Assembly: GCA_002269645.1 (NCBI GenBank) | Contig: NIVC01002971.1 | Coordinates: 62,001-126,000, forward strand | DNA length: 64,000 bases | Direction of reading: 5' to 3' | Source: Macrostomum lignano | Taxonomy: Eukaryota | Shown: one piece after another, positions 1-13,030 of the stretch | Layout: each line of letters starts with the position of its first letter | Numbering within the stretch: position 1 is the first letter of the stretch | Program-made: the position numbers and the translations under genes | The notes under the pieces: generated by a model | Told to the model about the DNA's origin: nothing | Seen by the model: only the letters and a program-made list of their open reading frames with translations | Databases searched by the model: none

Positions 1-133
1 AACAGTGGCGCCAAAGGTTGGAACAGTGGCGCCAAAAGGTTGAAACAGTGGCGCCAAAGGTTGGAACAGTGGCGCCAAAACGTTGGAACAGTGGCGCCAA
101 AAGGTTGGAACAGTGGCGCCAAAAGGTTGGAAC
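1..133. repeat. Tandem repeat, 21-22 bp unit AACAGTGGCGCCAAA(A)GGTTGG, ~6 copies (runs off window start)
   Basis: Directly visible; each unit contains the palindrome GGCGCC. Confidence 0.95.
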
Positions 134-549
134 ACTCCGTTTCATTTATTCGGAAAGTACATCTGGTCAAACCCACGCATAGTCCACATTCTCTTTTAGA
201 AGCAATGCTAGACTGCTAGAGACAAAATGCCCGGCTTCTGTCAACAAAGCGAGGCCGAAGTTGACTTGCAGATTTTCCAGTTTTTTTAGGCAGCCTCGGC
301 ATTTCATTCAGCACAAAATAGTCAGGCAGCGGAGAGAGCACGCCTACTCAGGCAGGCCTTCGGCCCCCACCTGTTCACGCAAGTTCAAACAATCAGTGCT
401 CATTATTGAAGAGAGAGAATGCATGACTTAGAGTCGCCATGACAATTTTATCTGGCCTGCGAGTCATTTTAGAATGCACCTGCTTGCTTTTGAGACTGTG
501 AAGAGTGTTTTTGGATCGAGCTGTGTCTCTAATGCAGGTTTTTGCTTTT

Positions 550-775
550 AAGTATGATAAAACTAAGTGCAATATAACCTAATCTACTCTCATCTAATCC
601 TTTCTGATCCAATCTAATCAAGTCTAGTTTAACCCAATATCATCTAATCTACTCTAATAGGACCAAATCTAATCTAATATAATTTACAAGTAATATAATA
701 TAATATGTTCTAATCTAATATAATTTACTCCTATCTAATCCTATCTGATCCGATCTAGTATAATCCAATCTAATC
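550..775. repeat. Degenerate (CTAAT)n simple repeat; resumes at ~2005-2200
   Basis: ctaatctaat-type runs on both sides of the piggyBac fragment. Confidence 0.85.
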
Positions 776-2005
776 AATACATACCTTCCAAGCGGAGTAG
801 GTACGGTATTAAGCTCTATACTGTCTTTGCGAATCAGTCAGTGGCTACCTGTGGAACCTAGCTGTGCATTCCTCATTGGAGAAGAATTTGAAGTTTGGTG
901 CCAACCTCGATTGCAATGGCCTCTCCTTTAGTGAAAAGGTTGTCGTTGAGCTGTCTCAAAACCTGCTTAACTTAGGCTATCACATCTTTTTGGACAGCTG
1001 GTTCAGCTCGAACCGTTTGGCCCTATGGCTTCTGGAGCGGAGCACGCTAGTCACAGGAACAGTCCGGAAGGATCGCGGAATTCCCATGCTTTTTCAACAT
1101 CCAGCCAACTTCTTCGAGATTCGCGAGGAACAGCAATGTTCTGGCGTGCAAGTTTGTTGACAAAAAGCAGAGCGGAACAAAGATTGTCTACGTGATTGAC
1201 ACTTCGGGCCAGGCGGGCTGTGTCAACGTTACTCGAATTCGCCGAGGCGGCGTGGAAGAAGTGATCCCAAAGCCGGTTTGCATCGCCAACTATTCGCCTT
1301 TTATGGGCGGCGTAGATCGCCTGGACAGTGGACTCCAGCCGTACCATCCGAACAGGAAGACGCAGAAATGGTTTCAGAAGCTCGGTTTTCACATCATCCT
1401 GCTTCTAGTTCGCAATGTTTGGATCGTTTATCAGAATGCTGGAGGAACAAAGAGCTTCCTCAGCTTCCTAGAAGTTGCGATCAAGAATTTGATTGAACAA
1501 TCTGGGCCAGGCAGACGTTGCGTTTCGGTTCGGGTCGGTCGGGCACCCGCCGCAGCCGGGCACATTCCAAGCAAGTCAGGCCAGGTTGTTGGGCAAAATC
1601 GACCGAGGCGTCGATGCCGACAGTGTCAAAAGAAGATAGTGTACGTCTGCTCGCAGTGTCCTGGCGTCCCGTCACTGTGTTTTGTGAACTGCTTTGGCAC
1701 GTGGCACAATAACTAAAGAACCATTGTCTAGCAATTTGACGATCATTATTCACATTTTTAATGCAGAACAATCCATTACTACAAGCAATGCATTGTCTGT
1801 AGGATCGTCAAATAGAAAAGCAATGCAAAGAATCAGCGGTCGCAGCACGTGACAACGATTTGTCTATGGCTTATAGAGTTCGACCCATAGCCGACTGAAA
1901 CGGTGGGTAGAGAACTTGTGCGCTGGCCATAGATACTCGTATTTTGAACCGACTGCGCTGCGGAGTTGTAAGTGGTCGAAAACGACCTTCCAGACTTCTT
2001 AAGGT
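775..2005 (+). mobile_element. 5'-truncated, frameshifted piggyBac (PGBD4-like) transposase remnant
   Basis: Pieces in three frames: QYIPSKRSRYGIKLY (775-825); GYHIFLDSWFSS...TGTVRKDRG (ORF 864-1160); MGGVDRLD...RKTQKWFQKL and a C-terminal Cys-rich domain CRQC...YVCSQC...LCFVNCFGTWH (ORF 1192-1716). Right end approximate; no clean TIR/TTAA found. Confidence 0.9.
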
Positions 2006-2217
2006 TACTAGATTAACCCAATCTCATCTAATATGACCAAATCTACTCTAATTTAATCTAATCTAGTTTAGTCTGATCCAATCTAATATAGTCTACTAAT
2101 CTTACGTCATCTAATCCAATTCAATCTATTGAAATCTAATATAATCTAATCTAATCTAATGTATTCTAATCTAATCTAATCTAATGAAACCTAATCTAAT
2201 CTACAAAACTGTCTCAC

Positions 2218-5200
2218 CTGCGGAGTCGTTCCTCCTCCTCCCTGCGCCGCCTCTCCTCCTCCTCTCGCCTTCGTCTCTCCTCATCTTCGGCTCTCCTGTC
2301 GAGAGGAAAACCGGGATTAGCCTCTATAATCATAATTTTCGATTTTATAATTACCATGGCTGCTATAAATTTGTTAAAGTATCAAGCTCAATTAAATAAT
2401 TGTAAATTTTTAGCGCAATTAAATCTCAGGTGATTATAACACAAAGGATGGCATTAGTGTATCACGTGATGATACAAAGGAGTTAATCTTCGGATTGTGT
2501 TAGTTGGTAATCGTGTTAAACTATTAGCTATTAAAACTGTCATCTCTGATTGCCTTCTCTCCAGCTCGGCAAGCCGCCTGGCCTCCTCAGCGAGTCGCCT
2601 CAGCCGCTCTCTGTGCGGGGATCAGCGGGGATTTTGTGATAAAGTGGCGTGGGCTGGAGCTGAAATTGTTTGTCTCATTGATGCGCGGCTTTGAGAAAAC
2701 ATCTGATGCCATGTTTATAGGAACGACTGGGGCTAAACAACGTAGTTAAAACAGTTTTAACTCGTAAAATATGAAATAAATAGGGCATTGAGAAAAGCCA
2801 TTTTGAAAGATATGTACACTCTACCCTCCCTCCACTGCTCTCCTCTCCTCTCCTCTCCTCTCCTCTCCTCTCCTCTCCTCTCCTTTCCTCTCCTCTCCTC
2901 TCCTCTCCTCTCCTCTCCTCTCCTCTCCTCTCTTCTCCTCTCCTCTCCTCTCCTCTCCTCTCCTCTCCTCTCCTCTCTTCTCCTCTCCTCTCCTCTCCTC
3001 TCCTCTCCTCTCTTCTCCTCTCTTCTCCTCTCCTCTCCTCTCCTCTCTTCTCCTCTCCTCTCTTCTCCTCTCTTCTCCTCTCTTCTCCTCTCCTCTCCTC
3101 TCCTCTCCTCTCCTCTCCTTTCCTCTCCTCTCCTCTCCTCTCTTCTCTTCTCCTCTCGTCTCTTCTCTCTTCACATCTCTTCTCCTCTCTTCTTCTTTCC
3201 TCTCCTCTTCTTCCCGATCTCCTCTCTTATTTTCTTTTCTCTTCTTCACTTCTCTCCTCACCTCCTCTCCTCTCTTCATCAGTATATTTTTAGAATTGTC
3301 ACCAATGCAAACAAAAGACAACCAGAAGTCATAGCATACAACAGCAACAGCAGCAGCAGTCACTGTGTGCTCAAGCACGCTGCTGCAGAGCTCAACAGCG
3401 CTGTGTCTCACCAGCGACCCAGCGATGTGGCCACAGCCTGAGGCCTCCACTGCGCCAGCCGCCAACTTGTCGGCGGTGCGTTACCGCGCAGTGCCGGCAA
3501 GTCGCTGTCAGTCAGCAAGCGCTGACGCGGCACCTGAGGCTGCCGCTGTCGCCGCCGCCAGCCAGACGCCAGCGATGGCAGTTGCGTCAAAGTCAACGAC
3601 TGAGCGCAGAGTCGCGCTGGGTCAGAGTAGGGCCCCGCCCTGTTTATTGCGCAAGCAGGTGTTAGCCGCATTGTTAGTATGAGCAAGTCAGTCATTCTCA
3701 TTCTGCTGACGCTCATTATCAGGCATGTGACACTCTGATCTGCGCCTTGGGGGGCCCAATCAATAATCTGATTATTGCTAAGAGTGGGGCTGGCCGCCAG
3801 CCAATCAGACACCCCCGTAGTCTAAAGCAATGTACATTCAATGTACTTAGTCAAGTCAACTCCACGGTGTGGCCGACTTATAAGCTTGATTAAGTAGTGC
3901 ATAGGCTTTTTAACCAATCAGAGACAAGTAGTATCTATACCATTAGTCAGTTATAATTGCTATCGATAGTCTAAATGCTAAAAGTTATAGAAGCTGTTTA
4001 ATATATGCAGTATTGCAAGCACAATGCAAGTAATCGTAGTGACTAAAAGGTAATCACCAACCTTTCGGACTCGTCATCGTCTAAGTCCAGACCTGAATCG
4101 TGTTGACCTTGGCCTAGAAAATAATTCGAGAGGAGGGCAAATTCATTATGAGTGGGACACAAGACAATCATTTTGACTAATATGTAATATGTGACAATTT
4201 GACAAATAGATATAGATGAATAATGATAAGAGTAGAGGGGATTAGAGGAGGTGAAAGGAGAGGAGAGGAGAGGAGAGAAGATGAGATTAAATAAGATGAG
4301 ATAAGATGAGATGAGATGAAAATAGATTAGAGATGAGATGAGATGAAAATAGATTAGAGATGAGATGAGATGAGATGAGATGCGATGAAATGAGATGAGA
4401 TGAGATGAGATGAAATGAGATAAGATGAGATGAGATGAGATGAGATGAGATTAGATGAGATGAGATGAGATCATGAGATGAGATGAGATGAGATGAGATC
4501 TCGAGATGAGATGGGATGAGATGAGATCATGAGATGAGATGAGATAAGATGAGATAAGATGAGATGAGATGAGATGAGATGAGATGAGATGAGATGAGAT
4601 GAGATGAGATGAGATGAGATGAGATGAGATGAGATCATGAGATGAAATGGAATGAGATGAGATCATGAGATGAGATGAGATAAGATGAGATAAGATGAGA
4701 TCTCGAGATGAGATGGGATGAGATGAGATCATGAGATGAGATGAGATCATGAGATGAAATGGAATGAGATGAGATCATGAGATGAGATGAGATAAGATGA
4801 GATAAGATGAGATGAGACGAGAACAGGGTCAGAGGCGCAGGAGACTTACTGCCGGCGGTGCCAGGCCGGGAGCTCAGTCCCGGGTAGCTCTGCATCGGGT
4901 AGGGCCCAATGTAAACTCCGGTGCCTCCCTTCTGCGTCACCTGCGGCACTTTTCCGTGATAGACGGCTGCAAAGAAGTTGATTTCTTTGTAAAAATAAAA
5001 ATGTAGGAAATTGATTCCAAAGACCACCAGCTGGGACGTCCTTGACCCCTCTTACTTGTCTGGTTCAGCCGCTTGTGGAAGCCTGAGCGACTGCCTGAAA
5101 AAAGTTCAACAGTCCGTGTGGTTAAATTTTCATTATTCGAGGAGACTCACTCTTATTGAAATGAAAATTCATTCAATTTGCTCATTACTGCTCTGTTCGG

Positions 5201-5443
5201 TGTTGTTGGACCTGTTGGAAGCCATGGAACCGTTTGAGCTGGTCTGGGATCGTCTGGCCACCTCGGAGTCAAGCACGAATATCTCAGGGCAGTAGGCCTA
5301 GGAAACAGTCGCAGTGAGAGCTCTGTAAGGCTAGTGGCTAACCAGAAATATGATTCCAGGAACTTTGGACTACTTTAGACAAAACTTACGTGAGGTGGCA
5401 GAAAGTGCTTTACTTTCATTTCTTGCTCCTGGTGACCCCGAAC
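2218..5443 (-). CDS. Partial multi-exon gene of unknown identity, with Ser-rich linker and ER-rich charged single-alpha-helix tract
   Basis: Hand-built phase-compatible exon chain: 5443-5390 (VRGHQEQEMKVKHFLPPH), 5297-5189 (AYCPEIFVLDSEV...), 5094-5056, 4966-4850 (VYHGKVPQVTQKGGTGVYIGPYPMQSYPG...), 4113-4062 (QGQHDSGLDLDDDESE), 2610-2554 (ERLRRLAEEARRLAELER), 2295-2218 (RAEDEERRRREEEERRRREEEERLR). All acceptors are AG; donors are GT except one GC. Start and stop not found. Confidence 0.65.
2830..3270. repeat. (CTCCT)n / (CTCTT)n microsatellite
   Basis: Directly visible; source of spurious ORFs 2788-3441 and 2821-3465. Confidence 0.97.
3625..3810. promoter_or_regulatory. Promoter-like cluster: GC box (GGCCCCGCCC ~3631) and CCAAT boxes (~3756, ~3801) beside a CpG-rich block
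   Basis: Motifs seen in sequence; no transcript evidence. Confidence 0.3.
4280..4815. repeat. (GAGAT)n microsatellite
   Basis: Directly visible. Confidence 0.97.
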
Positions 5444-5489
5444 CTGAAACAATGCGGGTTGAATCTGTTTTAAATGATACATATGTCAC

Positions 5490-5905
5490 AAAGCAATAGA
5501 CACTGTCACAAAGCACAGACACTGTCACAAAGCACAGACACTGTCACAAAGCAACAGACACTGCCACAAAGCACAGATACTGTCACAAAGCAACAGACAC
5601 TGTCACAAAGCAACAGACACTGTCACAAAGCAATAGACACTGTCACAAAGCAACAGACACTGTCACAAAGCAACAGACACTGTCACAAAGCAACAGACAC
5701 TGTCACAAAGCAATAGACACTGTCACAAAGCAACAGACACTGTCACAAAGCACAGATACTGTCACAAAGCAACAGACACTGTCACAAAGCAATAGACACT
5801 GTCACAAAGCAACAGACACTGTCACAAAGCACAGACACTGTCACAAAGCAATAGACACTGTCACAAAGCAATAGACACTGTCACAAAGCAATAGACACTG
5901 TCACA
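5490..5905. repeat. Minisatellite, 19-20 bp unit AGACACTGTCACAAAGCA(A)(T/C)
   Basis: About 20 visible tandem copies. Confidence 0.95.
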
Positions 5906-8900
5906 ACATACTGTTACGGGCTACAGGGTGTCCCATTTACAGCTCAAGAAATTGACTTCACACCTGAGTAAGGCACCGCCCCACGCTTTTGCAATAGACA
6001 AAACTTCTTGGCACAACTTCAAAGCCCAGCTGTTTTTCAATTTCGCTTCGCAAATGATCCAAATGAGTGTCTGGTGGGACTCTGCAATGAGAAAGAAAGT
6101 TTGGCGAGATTGAAGCAATATTTCAATGAATTAATTAAACGAAATTGGCAGAAATATTTCACTCACCTAACGAAACCCGCAGATACGCTCTCTCCAATCA
6201 CTTGGTTGAAGGCACTGCGAAGACGGTCGTGCCACAGGTAAGCCGGCACAACATAGATGTGAAGATCCACCAACTGCAAACGAAATTGCATCTTAATTTT
6301 TTGACATTCATATTAATTTAGTAAATATAAGTTTAACAGTGCAATCCATTGCATAAGATAAAACAAAAATTAAATTTCAGCTTGTGTTTTTAGTGAGGTG
6401 TTTTATTTATTGCTAAGTGTGTTTTGAATGCATTATGAATTACAACTTGTACTTATAAATATATTCAACATTTTATTATTATTTTGTAGCATTATTAATA
6501 ACTACACGAAAATTAATGAAGACAAAGAAACTAAGCAAAATATTTAATTTTCTAGGGTTGATTTTTTGTTTACAGCTTTTGTTAAGTCTGAATTTTCTGT
6601 TGGCTATTAAAAAACTAAAAGAAGCTTTTGAACGTTGATAAGTTTCGTTATAAAGGGAGACTTGAACTTTATTCAGAAAATAATTATATAGTCCCTGTCA
6701 TTTGAAATAATTTCTTTCACAGGGCATTTTATACGAAAGTAGTCGTAGATATTTTTTACTTCTACAGTAACTAATAAAAGCAGGCGGCATTTACCTAAAT
6801 AGTAAGTAATTATTTCGTGAAAAGTACATGCAAATTAAAAAAATGTGTTAAATGACAAGCCAAAAAGTACTCTTGATTCTGGTAATCTGGTATTGAGTGT
6901 TTGACTATTTCAACTATTACGACAAGTTAAATTACAGCTGGAAAGTCCAAATTAAATCCAAGAGAAAGTAGTCACCGAGCCTCCTGAAAATATTACGAGC
7001 GTAAAAAAGGCTTGATAGTTCATTCCATTCCATAAATTCAATATGCTTACTTGTTCGGATGGTGGCCGGTATGTAGGTCTGTCATAGTTCATTCTTTCTT
7101 TCGTTAAAGTTAAAAACACTAGTCTGCTCTTTTATACAGTAATAAATGGTCAGTCGAAAACTATCGTCGATTTTTGAACAAAATAAATTATTTATCGCAC
7201 TTCTGCATCGTAACGAGTATTTAATCCCTTATGCAAATTCAATAAAATTTGAATTTAATTTGTTTGTATATTTTTTGTTGAGAAAAGCTTCAGTTTTGAG
7301 CTTAGAATGACTATCCAGATAACTTTGTTTAAATTAAGGCCAACAGGCCACACCGTTAAACAGCAAGACGACTGACAATTGACATCCTTAGATTATAGCA
7401 AGCCCTGTTGTTATTTGAATAATAGGAAGGCTATAATTAGCAACAATAAGTTTCATAATTAGATTTTCGATTTAAAATGAATGCATATGCATGTTTTCTA
7501 TACTCATCTAAGGCTTGCTTGAGATGTAATTAAGATATGTGTGAGATATTCAGAGATTTGTCTGAATAACCCACAGAATATCACAAATTAAAGAGGTATT
7601 CTGTGAAATCGCTTAATTATTGCGAGATTTTTTTCTTTTATTCCAGAGCACAGTGTACAAAAATGACGAGTTTTTTACAGTTTTTATAGGACGTAGACTC
7701 TGCAAAGTTTGTGTGATTTTTGATACAACTTCCTGGGAAAAAAGACACCGCGGAGATTGGAAAAAACCATATTCTGTCATCCTTATAATCAATGATTGCA
7801 TTTAATCTGGGTTAGTAAAGATTACTGTTCCTGTAATTTAGCAATGCACAAACATATGTTACTCTCTGCTATCTTATATTATATAGGTAATGTACATGTA
7901 GTCGTGTATATAAGTACATGGTATCGGCATGTATGCAGAAACAATACTCATTAAAAATATACCTACAATAGTGGCTTGAATACCTAAATGCAAATTTAAC
8001 TTTTTTACTACAAATATGCTTAATATCAAAACATAAAGTTAAGCTATAGCCTTTTGTGAGTATTAACAGTGATTATGAATTAATAACTGCATGTTTAAGT
8101 ATATGTACATGTAGCTGTACTCGTTTATAATGTACTATATTAATATACATGTACATGTACACTTTTAAACGTATACATTTTACTTCTGATGCCATTTGAC
8201 GCATATGTACATGTACAGTACAGTAATAACAGTATGGATATGGAAATCAGCCAGAACAGTGGCTCACGCAAACAGCAATTATTGGCTTGGGTACACATGT
8301 AGATGTACATGTTTATACTGCTTGAGACTTCAGGGTAACCCGAACATATACAGTACATGTACATAATGCGCGATAAGGCGCTTTCACACGGGCTCAATCA
8401 TATCAGGTAACCTTGATACATGTACAGGTATTAAACACAAGAAATAAAACAAATTTGTATCTCATATCCTTAAATTTGCGTTAGCCGATTAGTAACTCAA
8501 AAAGCGATACAATTACAATATTTAGGGTACAATATATGTCCAGTTTGCAGTAGTGTGTATTTTTCTATTAACCAAAGTACATAACTGATTCGTTAACAGT
8601 ATAAATCGATCTCAGTTAAAACATCGAGTATAGATGTTTATAGCCAGACAGGTAAGAATTTCTCTTGGGGCCAAACTTAAGCCCAGAGTAAAAACACGCG
8701 CAAGAGACGGAGTGGGTTGATAATAATGATTGAAAAAATAAACTGAAGCACCTGAAGGACAGACAGTTTCATGGGGGCTGACAATATTACGGCTGGTTGG
8801 CTGGCACATCAGCGATTAATAACAGTTAACACCTGCCCCTTGACTAATACTAAGCCAGTTGTTAAAAGAAGTTAAGTCCGCACAGAAGCGGTTAGCAGTG

Positions 8901-9601
8901 AGGCAATAAGCGTTGTCTTTGTTGGAGTAAAGCGGGACAAAAAAGTTTTGATAACCCAAATCTACAATTATAAATTATTAAGGAATTGAAGCATTGATAC
9001 AAACAGCATATTTTCTATCCGGTACTACTAATAAGTAGACAAGCAGGAAATTTGCACTGAAATAAACATAAATTGACCAAAATCGAGCAGTTAAAGGAAA
9101 ACCACTGCCTCTGGAATTGGTGTTGCCTGAAGTATGAAACAGAACAAGCAACGGATTCACACTCGGGTGCGATAGATTATAAAGTTTGTACGACACTACT
9201 GCCAGTAAAGCAGTTAGGGACATAACCATCTACAGTCACAGCAAGGTATATAATGGAGAAAGGAACTAAAAGACAGAAAAGATTGTGTTCAGGTAATTGA
9301 GGGAGTGCGGGGGCTCAACAAGCAACAGAGGCGATGTTGAAAAAATCTATGCATTACACAAATTATATTCGTCATGCCCGTTACTCGCTACTAAACCGTG
9401 GCCTGAAGACAAACTACTGGTGAGCGAGGAGCGGTAAACTTATTAAGAAATATATTTATATAGGCTGTTCATTGAAAGCTGGAGCATCTGATAGTAGATT
9501 TTGCTTGTTTATTTTTGGTTGACAACGGAACTAAACATCTGCGGAGGGACTTGCAGCGGCTGAGACAGCGGCAGGATGAGTTTTATAAGCAAATTAATTC
9601 C

Positions 9602-11260
9602 TCACTGATTGAGCAGGTGCTCGGTCGCCCGCTCCAGGTTCCACACGTTGGAGGACAGCGCCACGCGGCAGTCGTGCTGCAATCAAATTTTTCCCAGGAA
9701 TTGTGTCGGGTGGGAAGTCGAAAGGTGAAATATCGTTGGGATGTTGAATTACTGTGCTAGGTTTTGGGGATCTTTTAGGATCTGACAACCTTTAATTGTG
9801 GGGGATTTTGGGATTTGACAACCCTGTGGAATACTTTGGGGATATTCTGGGATCTGACAACCCTGTGGGAGATTTTGGGACTAGACAACCCTATGGGAGA
9901 TTTTGGGGATATTTTGGGATCTGACAACTCAGTGCGATATTTTGGGGATATTTTGTGATCCCTGTGGGAGATTTTGGGGATAGATGGAACTTAACAAATC
10001 TGTGGGAGATTTCGGGATATTTTGGGATCTGACAACACTGGGAGATTTTGAGAAAATTTTGGGATTGGACAACCCTGTAAGAGAATTTGGGTATATTGGG
10101 GATAATTTGCGATCTGACAACCCTATGAGATTTTAGGGATATTTTGAGATCTGACAACCCTGCGGGGCATTTTGGGATCTGAAATTCCTAAGAGATTTCG
10201 AGGATATTTCAGGATCTGACAACACTGTGAGGGATCTGATCCAAACGGGCCCCGGCCATTTTGGGAGATTTAATTTCACCAGAGCCAGACGCAGTTCCTG
10301 CCTCACCTCGGGAAATCCCATCTGTTTGAGCGACTCCACCTTGGCCTTGAGGTCGGGCTCCCTGTCCGGGGCGCCAGCATAGGCGTGGGCCCAGTGCCTG
10401 GCCGTCTGCAGGAACACGGCATGCTGCTCCCTGTACTGCTTGGCAACCACCGCGTCCTGCGGGTCGTCGGGTTCTGGCGAGGCCAGCAGGGCCTGCAGGG
10501 ACAGCAGCACGGTGCGCAGGGTCATTGCGGCTGCCCACTGGTCTTTGAGGATGTCTAAACAGATGGCACCGGTCACGGAGCTGATGTTCGGGTGCCAGAT
10601 CCTGGTGATGAACTTCACTTTTGGCGGCGTGAACGGATACGTGTCCGGGATCACCACCTCCAGCTGGCCGAGGAAGAAAATGAGGGGGAAGTTGAGGCAG
10701 CGCTTGAAGCATAAATCAATCATTTATATTTGCTATATTGCAATGTACCATACTTGAGCTGGTAAGCAACTGACTACCGACTTAAACCTAACCCCAACAA
10801 ATCATAAACCTAAACCCAAACTCTTAACTAAACCCTAACCTAAACCTAAAACCTAAATCTAAATTGCCGGCAGTCAATTATCGTTCCTTCCTATTATTTT
10901 CACAATACGTGCGTAAACATGTTCTTCTCACTCTACTGTTAGTAAAAATATTAGTTTTTTCTTTTGTTTTATGAAAATATCGGAAGGCTGAATTGAGGTT
11001 TGTTATTAAGGATACTTTTAATACTTTTTATGGAACATTCATGATGTAGCAAAGTGAGACACTGTGAGTGAAAATCCGGCCCCGCAAACCTGGAATTTGC
11101 CGTGCTCATAGGGCGTATCGGGTGGACCGCAGATTTCTCCACGCAGTTTTCGCAAATTATCGGAGACTGGCTCCACCCGGATGTGATGGCTGGCAATCTC
11201 GTTACTCTTCATCACCTCTTTGAACTCTCGCCTGATGCGTTGGTCTGCAATGTTGCTCAT
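9602..11260 (-). CDS. UBE2K: Ubiquitin-conjugating enzyme E2 K (HIP2/E2-25K), 3 exons, 200 aa, UBC + UBA domains
   Basis: Exon 1 11260-11090 (MSNIADQRIRREFKEV...GPPDTPYEHGKFQ, donor GTTTGC). Exon 2 10663-10307 (LEVVIPDTYPFTPPKVKFITRIWHPNISSVTGAICLDILKDQWAAAMTLRTVLLSLQALL...MGFPE, donor GTGAGG). Exon 3 9676-9602 (HDCRVALSSNVWNLERATEHLLNQ*). All phase 0; catalytic HPN...C motif intact; 57+119+24=200 aa. Confidence 0.96.
9760..10260. repeat. Degenerate ~29-40 bp minisatellite (GGGATCTGACAACCCTGTGGGAGATTTTG) in UBE2K intron 2
   Basis: Directly visible. Confidence 0.85.
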
Positions 11261-11699
11261 CTGGATTGCTGGGATGCATGAACGGTATCAGTGATGGAGT
11301 GGTGAGGCTGTCACAGAGACAATTTGCAATGCTAGTGATCAAAACGGCCCTTTTAAGGGCAAAACGGTTGTAAATGAGTGAATGATAGCCAGGGTTGTCA
11401 GCTGAAACTTAGTACCTAGCAAGTTCTTTTTTGTCCAACGCATGTTAGTCATTTAGCTTCTAAGGTTAAAATGATGAACATTAGTAGACAAATAACCAAG
11501 ATGTAGCAATGCATGATAGAAGGTTATATCTTTTTTAAATAAGATGACTTTAATTAAAATTATATCATTAAAACATTCTAAAAGTTACTCTTTAATAGGA
11601 CTTAATAGTCATTTAACAATATTGCCATTTTGGTACAAACTGATTGAGTTTATTAATATTAAAAATAATAATAGCAATAATTTTAACAATTGATTACAC

Positions 11700-11967
11700 C
11701 TGCCCTAATGGCAATATATGCAACTAACAGCTCAGCCAAAGCTATTGTGCAGCATATCTGAAAGCTGCATATGGCTGTTCAGTCAGACTGGGGGTCGCCA
11801 CACACACCTTCAATTACCCCAGCTAATACTAGGACAGCTGGGTGAACTGCAGCAATGCAGAGTTAAGTGTCTTGCTCAAGGACGCAAATTTTTATAGTGA
11901 GATCAAGAATTGAATCCTTAACCTTCAAGTTGTGAGTCTGATGCCCTAACCACTAGGCTACAACCCT
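11700..11967 (-). mobile_element. tRNA-derived CORE-type SINE, copy 1
   Basis: Minus strand begins AGGGTTGTAGCCTAGTGGTTAGGGCATCAGACTCACAAC...GGATTCAATTC (A-box and degenerate B-box), then a CORE-like TTGAGCAAGACACTTAAC. Collinear similarity over ~260 bp with 49250-49527. Confidence 0.75.
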
Positions 11968-12194
11968 TTAATAATAAACAAAGTCTAAGATTATATAATC
12001 TAAAGCCAAAAACAAAACTGCATGATAGCCAATATCTAACAAAGTGGAACTCCTCCTTCGGAGGAGAAAGGGGAAGAACTCCCATCACCGGAATTCTATT
12101 CCCTGAAATATCCATCAACTGAAATTCCATGTCTTGAACCCTATCTTCCAAATCGTCTCCAAATTCTTTACAAAACCTTTCAAAGCCCATAGCT

Positions 12195-12620
12195 TAAAGA
12201 CTCTCACGTCTCTCATATCTCCTCTCCTCTCTTCGCTATTATCGTGACTCTCTTCTCTCTCCTCTCTCTCATCTCATCTCTACCCCTACTCCCTTATTTA
12301 TCTCTTCTCCCTCGTCTTTCGTCTGTACCCTCTCCTGTCTCTTGTCTCCTCTCTTCTCTCATATCTCTCCTCTTCACTTCTGTCTCCTGACTTCTCTTCT
12401 CTTCTCTCTCATATCTCATATCTACTCACTTATCTATCGTCTCTCCTTAACTCTCTCTCTCTCTCTCTCTCTTCTCTTTTCTCTCCTCTCTGCTCTTATT
12501 TCTCATATCTCATATACGCTCTCACTCTCTACTTTCTTATCTCCCATCTTTTTTTTCTCCTTTCCACTATCCTCTGTCTCTTCTCTTCTCTCTTTTCTAC
12601 CCTCTCCATTCTCTCTTCTC
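12195..12620. repeat. Degenerate CT-rich polypyrimidine low-complexity tract
   Basis: Directly visible. Confidence 0.9.
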
Positions 12621-12781
12621 TGTTGTGTTGCGACACAGAAGTCTTATGTTTCCAGATGCTTGTATGGATATAGAGCAGCTGTGTAGTTATAAGTGCTCTT
12701 TAACACTCGTTTATTAGTCGTGTCCATAGACATAAATCAAACACACAGAGAATGAGTCTATGAGTCTATCATAACATAACA
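12621..12781 (-). mobile_element. 3' LTR (~161 bp) of decayed Ty3/gypsy element
   Basis: Minus-strand polypurine tract GAAGAAGGGAGA (12793-12782) immediately precedes TGTTATGTTA; the other end is ...CAACACAACA (imperfect terminal inverted repeat). No partner LTR in the window. Confidence 0.7.
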
Positions 12782-13030
12782 TCTCCCTTCTTCAGAGGGA
12801 TTCCTATGTGTAAGTAAAATAAATCCTCTTTCCGGAAGTTCCGTTCTACACTGACACCTTTTCATTAGTCAATGTGCCTGAAATCGCACGACTGGCTTCA
12901 CCACACGTCCACTCCGTGTTGTATAGCCATTTGTCGTCCTAGGTGACTGACATAGTTGTGCATTAGGTGCTTGTGCTGATGGTTTGCTGCCTATATTTTC
13001 CTCCACTGCTTCGTGCTTATCCGGTTGACT

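Noticed and set aside
2788-3465. LLSSP-rich and EERRG-rich ORFs; similar ORFs at 4451-5027, 12342-12686 and 55080-56801
   Set aside because: Translations of CT/GA simple repeats.
6008-6241. 77-aa plus-strand ORF ending at a CAG|GTAAG donor
   Set aside because: Could be an exon or transposase scrap, but I recognise no family and found no partner exons.
6640-7090. Additional candidate minus-strand micro-exons (about 7079-7051, 6983-6935, 6710-6650)
   Set aside because: Plausible splice sites, but I could not link them in phase to the 5443 exon with confidence.
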